DNA of 26,029 bases from an uncultured Methanobacterium sp. Lineage in GTDB: Archaea; Methanobacteriota; Methanobacteria; Methanobacteriales; Methanobacteriaceae. The DNA lies in NCBI GenBank assembly GCA_964399685.1, contig CAYNTD010000002.1:1-26029 (forward strand). The letters are read 5' to 3'. How positions within the stretch are numbered: position 1 is the stretch's first letter; each line of letters starts with the position of its first letter. Made by a program: the position numbers and the translations under genes. Below the pieces are notes generated by a model. The model searched no databases. It was not told where the DNA came from and saw only the letters and a list, made by a program, of their open reading frames with translations. Shown here in pieces: positions 19,456-26,029 of this stretch.

Positions 19456-20601
19456 TTATCCTATTTTCCTTAGGTCTTCTAATAAAGTTTTAACATGCTC
19501 CTTTTTGACATGTGGCATTACTATTATACGTACTGCCTGTGGATGGGATGATACAGATACTGCCCATCCTTCCTCCTCCAGTTGTTGGGCTATTTCCCAT
19601 ACTGACATGCTTTTTCCATGGAAGGTCACTATATTAAGCTGTGGTTTTGTTACAAGCTGAAATCCTGCTTCTTCAATACCCATTGCTAGGAGATTGGTTA
19701 CTTCCATACAGTTTCCAGCTATTTTCTGGTAACCTTCATGTCCCATATACTTCAACAATGCCCAGGTTGCAGCAGTAGATGCACCAGTCCGTGTACCTAC
19801 AATAGTTGATTGACTGTTTTCCGTTAAGTAAGGGGTTTCAATACTCATCACATTCAAATAACTTTTATCACGGAACAGTATTCCTCCAGTAGGTATGGGA
19901 GCTAATCCCATCTTATGAGGATCAATTGTAATAGAACACACTCCTGGAAGATTAAAATCAAATTCAGGTAATTCATAACCAATTTCTTTTAAAAAAGGTA
20001 TGGTAAATCCACCAAATGCCGCATCTACATGCAGATAAATATTCTTTTCAAGACAGATATCTGAAAGATCTCTTATCGGATCTATCATTCCTAATTCTGT
20101 GGTTCCAGCTATACCCACTATAGCTACAGTTTTATCAGAAATTAAATCTTTTACAGAGCTAATATCCACCCTATAATTTTCATCAAGTTCTGCTTCCTTG
20201 AGTTTAAGGCAGAGGAGATCTGCTGCTTTTTTAAAGGAGAAATGTGCTGATTTTGGGACTATGACTTCTGGATCTTTTATTTTACGTAAATTTCGAGCAG
20301 CTCGCATGGCCATTATATTCGCTTCGGTCCCTCCTGTGATTATATGACCATATACCTCTTTTTTGCCTAGTAGCTCACCAAGCATGCTTATAACTTCATC
20401 TTCCATAGCCTTGGTTCCCAGAAAAAGACCTGGATCTCCAAGGTTAGATTCAAGAAACATGGTGTAAGCTTTTATTCCCACTTCATGAGGACATGTACAC
20501 ATGGACCCCAATATTCTGCCTGATTTATGGGTCATATTCTTATTTTTATAGTTTTCCAGTAGTTGAAATACTTTATCCTTATTTATTCCCTTTTTATCCA
20601 T
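19456..20601 (-). CDS. mfnA: L-tyrosine/L-aspartate decarboxylase MfnA (PLP-dependent, group II)
   Basis: GSMCTCPH, SNLGDPGLF, GGTEAN, HVDAAFGG, SITIDPHK (PLP Lys) and GTRTGAS. Confidence 0.93.
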   Translation of the reverse strand: MDKKGINKDKVFQLLENYKNKNMTHKSGRILGSMCTCPHEVGIKAYTMFLESNLGDPGLFLGTKAMEDEVISMLGELLGKKEVYGHIITGGTEANIMAMRAARNLRKIKDPEVIVPKSAHFSFKKAADLLCLKLKEAELDENYRVDISSVKDLISDKTVAIVGIAGTTELGMIDPIRDLSDICLEKNIYLHVDAAFGGFTIPFLKEIGYELPEFDFNLPGVCSITIDPHKMGLAPIPTGGILFRDKSYLNVMSIETPYLTENSQSTIVGTRTGASTAATWALLKYMGHEGYQKIAGNCMEVTNLLAMGIEEAGFQLVTKPQLNIVTFHGKSMSVWEIAQQLEEEGWAVSVSSHPQAVRIIVMPHVKKEHVKTLLEDLRKIG

Positions 20602-20715
20602 TTTTGATGCCTTTAAAATTAGATTTATAAATTTAAGGTTAGAAAAGAAAAAAATTTTTAATTTGATTTAAAAATAAAAATTATTATTTATTACCCCTTT
20701 ACTCTCTTGTTTTTT

Positions 20716-23010
20716 TTATTCCTGCATTATTTTTCGTGCTGCTTTAAGGAGTAATTTTTTCTCTACACGGGCCACTACTTCTCTCACAGTTGCCACTGCA
20801 TCGGTGTTGGCTGACACTGAGGTTATTCCCAGTTCTACAAGTTTCTCAACGATGGATGGCATGCTTCCTGCCTGTCCACATATGCTGGTTTTGACCCCTG
20901 CCTTGTTACATTCCTTGATAACTCTTTCTATTAGTTTTAAAACCGCAGGATGTTTTTCAGTGTAGAGATCTGCTACGCTTTCATTGTTACGGTCAATGGC
21001 TAGTGTGTATTGGGTTAAATCATTGGTTCCAAAGCTTACAAAGTCCAATCCTTCTGCTATGAAGTCTTCTATGATCATTGCAGCTGCTGGTGTTTCCACC
21101 ATAACTCCAAATTCAATATTTTTCTGTGGTTTTAAACCTACTTCACGGGCTATCTCTTTAGCTTTTTTAAGTTCATCTGGATGTTGTACCAGTGGTAACA
21201 TGATACCTATGTTGGTGTAGCCCTGTTCATGTAATTTTTTTATGGCCTTAAATTCTGCTTTAAGGATTTCTGGTTCGTCCAACTCCCTTCGAATACCTCT
21301 CCATCCCAGCATAGGATTATGTTCGTATGGTTCTCCTTCACCACCTTCAAGGGATTTGAATTCATCGGTAGGGGCATCCAATGTTCTGTACCATACTGAT
21401 TTTGGATAGAATGCATCTGCCACTTTGAGTATGTTTTCCACCAGAACCTTGATGAGTTCATCCTCTTTTCCTTCTTTTATGAATTTTTTTGGATGTACAC
21501 CAGTAGTTAGCATCATATGTTCAGTTCTAAGCAGCCCCACTCCATCTGCTCCTGTTTCAGATGCTTTTTTTGCTGCTTCTGGCATGCTAACATTTACTTT
21601 TACTTCAGTAACAGTTAAGATAGACTGCTGGACAACTGTAGGGGCGTTAGTTTCTCCTTTTTCTCCAGTAGATTCTTCTATGATCTTCCCCTCATATATG
21701 ATTCCTTTGTTTCCATCTAGGGTTACCATTGAATTTTCTTTAAGTATTCTGGTAGCTTCTCCTGTTCCAACCACACAGGGTATTCCCAGTTCACGGGATA
21801 CTATGGCAGCATGGCAGGTTACTCCACCTTCATCTGTTATTATGCCATTGGCTCTTTTCATGGCAGGTACCATATCCGGAGTGGTCATGACAGTGACTAA
21901 TATATCTCCTTTATGGATTTTATCCAGTTCATCTGTGTCTTTAATGATTTTTACCTTTCCTGAAGCCATACCTGGGCTTGCTCCCAGTCCTTTGGTTATT
22001 ATTACTCTTTCAATTTCTTCCTGGTTTGTTTCTTCTCCAGATGTTTTTCCCAGTGTGGTCACTGGTCTGGATTGGAGCATGAATACCTTGCCAGATTCTA
22101 TGGCCCATTCAGTGTCCTGGGGGAAGTTATAATGATTTTGTATTCTTTTACCTAATTCAGTTAGTTTGGCTATTTCTTCAGTACTCAGGACTTTTTTATT
22201 TTTTAGATCATCTGGAACTGGTACTTTAATTGTTTTTCCTGCTTCAGATTCCTTCTGAAACATGATGTTTTTTTCACTGATCTGATAATCCAGTATTTTT
22301 CCATTCTTCTTATCCACCCAGATGGTGTCTGGAGTTACTGTTCCAGATACTACTGCTTCTCCCAGACCCCAGGCAGCTTCGATTAGTATCTTTTCTTCAC
22401 CTGTGGATGGGTGTACAGTGAACATTACCCCTGCCTTTTCTGCTTCTACCATTTCCTGAACCACTACTGCTATGTAGACTTTGGAATGGTCGAAGTTGTT
22501 TTCTTCTCGGTAGAATATGGCTCGAGCTTCAAATAGGGATGCCCAGCATTTGCGAACATAATTTAACAGATCTTCTTCTCCTTTGATATTGAGGTAGGTA
22601 TCCTGCTGTCCAGCAAAGGATGCTTCAGGCAGATCTTCTGCTGTTGCTGATGATCTAACGGCGACAAAAGCATCATCTTTTCCTATTCTGCGGCACAGGG
22701 CATTGTACGCTTCTATTATAATGATTTTTATTTCATCAGGTATTTCGGTTTTATTGATTATGTTTTTAATATCCTTGGCAGCTTTTTGAAGTTCTTTGTT
22801 ATTATTCACGTCTAAAGCATCAAGAATGTCCATTGTTTCATTGAAGATTCCTGTGTCTTTCATAAACTGGTCATAGGTTCTGGATGTTATCACAAACCCG
22901 GGAGGAACAGGTATTCCTGCCTGAGTTAGTTCACCTAAATTAGCTCCTTTTCCACCGGCAATAGCCACATCTTCTTTGCTTAATTCTTCAAAAAATTCGA
23001 CATGCTTCAT
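20716..23010 (-). CDS. ppsA: Phosphoenolpyruvate synthase (pyruvate, water dikinase)
   Basis: AGGKGANLGE, VRSSATAEDLPEASFAGQQDT, phospho-His TCHAAIVSRE, GLLRTEH and SFGTNDLTQ. No intein seen. Confidence 0.96.
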   Translation of the reverse strand: MKHVEFFEELSKEDVAIAGGKGANLGELTQAGIPVPPGFVITSRTYDQFMKDTGIFNETMDILDALDVNNNKELQKAAKDIKNIINKTEIPDEIKIIIIEAYNALCRRIGKDDAFVAVRSSATAEDLPEASFAGQQDTYLNIKGEEDLLNYVRKCWASLFEARAIFYREENNFDHSKVYIAVVVQEMVEAEKAGVMFTVHPSTGEEKILIEAAWGLGEAVVSGTVTPDTIWVDKKNGKILDYQISEKNIMFQKESEAGKTIKVPVPDDLKNKKVLSTEEIAKLTELGKRIQNHYNFPQDTEWAIESGKVFMLQSRPVTTLGKTSGEETNQEEIERVIITKGLGASPGMASGKVKIIKDTDELDKIHKGDILVTVMTTPDMVPAMKRANGIITDEGGVTCHAAIVSRELGIPCVVGTGEATRILKENSMVTLDGNKGIIYEGKIIEESTGEKGETNAPTVVQQSILTVTEVKVNVSMPEAAKKASETGADGVGLLRTEHMMLTTGVHPKKFIKEGKEDELIKVLVENILKVADAFYPKSVWYRTLDAPTDEFKSLEGGEGEPYEHNPMLGWRGIRRELDEPEILKAEFKAIKKLHEQGYTNIGIMLPLVQHPDELKKAKEIAREVGLKPQKNIEFGVMVETPAAAMIIEDFIAEGLDFVSFGTNDLTQYTLAIDRNNESVADLYTEKHPAVLKLIERVIKECNKAGVKTSICGQAGSMPSIVEKLVELGITSVSANTDAVATVREVVARVEKKLLLKAARKIMQE

Positions 23011-23057
23011 GCTAAAACACTCTTTTACTAGTTTTTTAATATTTACCTAAAATCTAT

Positions 23058-23065
23058 TATATAAA
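23058..23065 (-). promoter_or_regulatory. Probable ppsA TATA box overlapping the U-rich tract after rpl10e
   Basis: Minus-strand TTTATATA within the 60-bp rpl10e-ppsA spacer, about 50 nt upstream of the ppsA ATG. Confidence 0.45.
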
Positions 23066-23071
23066 AAATAT

Positions 23072-23554
23072 TTATTTAACCAGTTCTGCGCCTTTTTCAA
23101 CCATTATTCTACAGGAAACTGGGAATTTCATTGCTGCTCTCCTTAAAGCTTCTTTAGCATCGTTAAAGTTTCTTTTATTAGTTCTTACTGTTAATATTTT
23201 CTGACCAGCTTTTACTAATGCCACTGAACTGACTGGTTTTCCAAATGCTTTTCTCATTCCATCCTGCACACGGTCTGCCCCTGCACCAGTGGCCATAGGA
23301 TTTTCACGTACTATGTGGTGGGGGTAAACTCTTATCTTTAAATGATATCCCATTCTTCCAGATCTTCTCTGCATATACCTGTTTGCAGCTATTCTGGCTG
23401 CTTCAAGTGCATTATGTGAGAGTTCTGCTGGTTCTTTAACTGCTAAAGTTACTGTTAAAGGAAATTCAGCTCCTAGATTTCCCATATCATATTGAACTAT
23501 CCTGGAACCGGGGATTTTCCTTATATAATCTTTTCTAGTGTATGCTCTAACCAT
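23072..23554 (-). CDS. rpl10e: 50S ribosomal protein L10e/uL16
   Basis: [70 protein letters not shown]. Confidence 0.97.
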   Translation of the reverse strand: MVRAYTRKDYIRKIPGSRIVQYDMGNLGAEFPLTVTLAVKEPAELSHNALEAARIAANRYMQRRSGRMGYHLKIRVYPHHIVRENPMATGAGADRVQDGMRKAFGKPVSSVALVKAGQKILTVRTNKRNFNDAKEALRRAAMKFPVSCRIMVEKGAELVK

Positions 23555-23910
23555 TAATAGTCCTCCTTTTATGAAATTATACTAAATAAGATTTAATCAA
23601 ATAATATTTAACTTGATAGTAATCTAACTTATTGATTTATATTTCTATAATTTCATCATTTAAATATACTTTTTCCAAATTTTTTCAATTCACACAAATT
23701 TATTAGTATCCTGGTTAGTGATACAAAAAGCAAAAATTTGCAATAGCTGGAAAAAGGAGGGGTTAAAAAACAACCCTTTCATTACTTGGCATTTATATTA
23801 TCTCCAACTTATAAAGTATTCGCATTACACACATCATGATTGGAAAATATAAAAAAATGTTTTTTTTTAAGAGAAAATCTTTTAAACATGTATTCCATGA
23901 AGAGTAAACC

Positions 23911-24138
23911 ATGCAGATTAAAGCTCAAATACACTTTGAATATGAGACAAAAAAACAGGCAACCGTTGCATTAAAATCACTTAAACCAGATAATATTGGA
24001 TATATAAAATCCTATATAAGAGAAAATAAAATGGTTTATAATATAAACAGTGATTCATTGAACAGTTTCCTTGCCACGGTTGATGATCTGCTATTTTGTG
24101 AAATGATGGTGGAAAAAGTGTTGGAACTTGAAAAATAA
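23911..24138 (+). CDS. pcc1: KEOPS complex subunit Pcc1
   Basis: 75 aa; LKSLKPDN and SFLATVDDLL motifs. Confidence 0.8.
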   Translation: MQIKAQIHFEYETKKQATVALKSLKPDNIGYIKSYIRENKMVYNINSDSLNSFLATVDDLLFCEMMVEKVLELEK

Positions 24139-24312
24139 TTGATGATATCCATCCTTCATACTCAAATCTTTATATCTAATGAGTTGCAACGGCATAAGGA
24201 AATATAAGATAACGTAAATAAACAACATATAATTATATGATAGCTATTTAATGAACAACACTAATTATAATATAATATTTAAAAAAAATTTGACTAAAGG
24301 ATCTCAGGTACT

Positions 24313-25941
24313 ATGAAAATGGAATTCACTCTCCAGGGAGAAATAATTTTTAGTAAAGAAGCAGAAGATGCCCAAAAAGACATTGAAGAGTTTATTAAAC
24401 AGGCCAACCAGGAGTTATTTTTAAAAGGCATTCCCCAGGACTCCACCGATGATGCATCACAGATTATCAACTGGGATCTTGAAGGAAACACTTTAAAAGT
24501 TAAGATAGTATCTGGAAGACGTGGCCGGGCACATGACGCCCTGATGCGGATGAAGAAACCTTTAGGTCAGATTTTAGGATCTAAGTATCATTTAGGTGTA
24601 CGTAAAATTCTAGTTGATGATTATAAAATTGATATACCCCTACCTGAAAAATTTAAAGTAGATGAAATGGTTGAGAAAGGAGAAATTGACCTTGGAGCTA
24701 CCATCATCGATAAAATACTGGATATGCCCTATGTATCCAACTCAGAATTAACTGAAAATAAGTTGATAGTTGAATTTGAACCATTAAACGAATCAAAATT
24801 AAAAAAACACGTTGTGGATCGGGTATTAAAATTCATACAGGAATCAGTGAAAGCAGGACCCACCGGCACCCAAACCAGCTTGGAAGTCACCAAACCCTCA
24901 GATATACTAACAAAACAGGTTACAAAAATCGAACCAGGGACTGTGGTATCTACGAGTCCCAAACAAAAATTCTACTTTAAAGGAGATGCCACTGAAGAAG
25001 CCGTGCGAAAAGGTTGGGTTAAAAAATTCCCGGGCAAAGGCCAGTGGTTCTACGGGCCTAAGATGATCAGCCTACAACGTGCAGTAGAAGAGATATTCCT
25101 TGAAAAACTCGTCTATAAAATGGGTTTTACAGAGTGTATGTGGCCAAAACTCATACCAATACCAGTGATGAATAAGATGCGCTACCTGGAAGGTCTTCCA
25201 GAGGGTATGTACTACTGTTCTGCACCCCGTAGAGATCCGGAAATCTTTGAAAAATTCAAACAAGAACTTGTTATTAACAAAGAAGCACCGATCCCCCTGT
25301 TGAAGGAAGGCCTTAAAGATCCTTCCTATGTTCTGGCTCCAGCCCAGTGCGAACCATTCTATGAATTTTTCTCACACGAAGTTATAGATGAGAAGGAGAT
25401 GCCTATAAAATTCTTTGATCGAAGTGGCTGGACCTATCGCTGGGAAGCTGGAGGAGCTAAGGGTTTAGATCGGGTGCATGAATTCCAGCGTGTGGAACTT
25501 GTATGGCTAGGTACACCAGAGCATGTTGAGGATATCAGGGACACCACTCTCCACATCTCTGAGGCTATAGCTGATGAGATGGAATTGGAATGGTACACTG
25601 AAGTAGGCGATGATCCATTCTATTTAGAGGGTCGAAAAACAGAAGAAAGGGGAATTGAATTTCCTGACGTGCCTAAATATGAAATGAGATTAGTAGCACC
25701 AACTCAAGATAAAGGTGTAGCTGCTATATCTGCCAATATCCATGGAACCCACTTTATTGAAGGGTTCTCCATAAAAGAAGCACATAATCACAGAATATGG
25801 ACCGGATGTACAGGTATTGGTGTCTCCCGTTGGATATTCGGATTCCTGGCTCAGAAAGGTTTCGATGAGGAAAACTGGCCAGATGATGTTCGAGACAGGA
25901 TGAAAAATGTGCATGTTCCTAACATTTTAACTTGGCCTTAG
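24313..25941 (+). CDS. serS: Seryl-tRNA synthetase, methanogen type (Zn-dependent SerRS2)
   Basis: SGRRGRAHDAL N-domain, GWVKKFPGKGQWFY, APAQCEPFY, YRWEAGG..GLDRVHEFQRVE, HGTHF and WTGCTGIG. Confidence 0.96.
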   Translation: MKMEFTLQGEIIFSKEAEDAQKDIEEFIKQANQELFLKGIPQDSTDDASQIINWDLEGNTLKVKIVSGRRGRAHDALMRMKKPLGQILGSKYHLGVRKILVDDYKIDIPLPEKFKVDEMVEKGEIDLGATIIDKILDMPYVSNSELTENKLIVEFEPLNESKLKKHVVDRVLKFIQESVKAGPTGTQTSLEVTKPSDILTKQVTKIEPGTVVSTSPKQKFYFKGDATEEAVRKGWVKKFPGKGQWFYGPKMISLQRAVEEIFLEKLVYKMGFTECMWPKLIPIPVMNKMRYLEGLPEGMYYCSAPRRDPEIFEKFKQELVINKEAPIPLLKEGLKDPSYVLAPAQCEPFYEFFSHEVIDEKEMPIKFFDRSGWTYRWEAGGAKGLDRVHEFQRVELVWLGTPEHVEDIRDTTLHISEAIADEMELEWYTEVGDDPFYLEGRKTEERGIEFPDVPKYEMRLVAPTQDKGVAAISANIHGTHFIEGFSIKEAHNHRIWTGCTGIGVSRWIFGFLAQKGFDEENWPDDVRDRMKNVHVPNILTWP

Positions 25942-25968
25942 TTTAAGAAGTAAATTTTAAAAAAAAGA

Positions 25969-25989
25969 TTTATTTTTTTTAATTTTTTT
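25969..25989 (+). terminator. Poly-T terminator after serS
   Basis: T8 at 25973-25980 and T7 at 25983-25989. Confidence 0.55.
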
Positions 25990-26029
25990 ACAAATATAAA
26001 TTAATAGAAAATTTAGTTTAAGCCTTGGA

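Noticed and set aside
21425-22132. 235-aa plus-strand ORF
   Set aside because: Antisense to ppsA; explained by the codon bias of the real gene.
23555-23910. 355-bp rpl10e-pcc1 spacer with short inverted repeats (GTATC-N9-GATAC 23706-23724, GCAAA-N2-TTTGC 23730-23741, GGGTT-N7-AACCC 23760-23776) and an AGGAGG; possible sRNA, tRNA or small ORF
   Set aside because: Stems are only 5 bp, there is no cloverleaf or C/D boxes, no start codon follows the AGGAGG, and the only minus-strand ORF is 30 aa without an RBS. It is compatible with a divergent promoter region; RNA-seq would be needed to revive the idea.

Overview
AT-rich DNA from a methanogenic archaeon, most consistent with Methanobacteriaceae (Methanobacterium-like). 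This is inferred from the methanogen-type SerRS, MsvR, CobZ, MfnA, MJ1244-family gene and archaeal TATA/RBS signals. Left part (1-5646, minus strand): a nitrogenase operon nifH-nifI1-nifI2-nifD-nifK-nifE that runs off the left edge. It has an exact NrpR operator just downstream of its TATA box, a strong hairpin after nifK, and repeat/palindrome-rich spacers in front of nifD and nifE. The rest is largely housekeeping: a GT-C-like membrane protein, pycB, queC, larC, a CbiZ-CobZ fusion plus cobS, trm56, upp, a hydro-lyase beta subunit coupled to mfnA, ppsA, rpl10e, pcc1 and serS. Two modules look accessory. One is an MsvR-like redox regulator divergent from a rubredoxin-hybrid cluster protein fusion, followed by a small Cys-rich protein, with tandem TTCG-N8-(C/A)GAA boxes over the hcp promoter. 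The other is a membrane-anchored PQQ-type sugar dehydrogenase. No rRNA, tRNA, CRISPR array or mobile element was recognised. The best candidates for undescribed biology are the MsvR-Hcp stress module, the divergent hydro-lyase subunit coupled to mfnA, the motif-less CbiZ domain, and the internal regulatory architecture of the nif operon. All family assignments are from motif recognition and memory; no database search was run.
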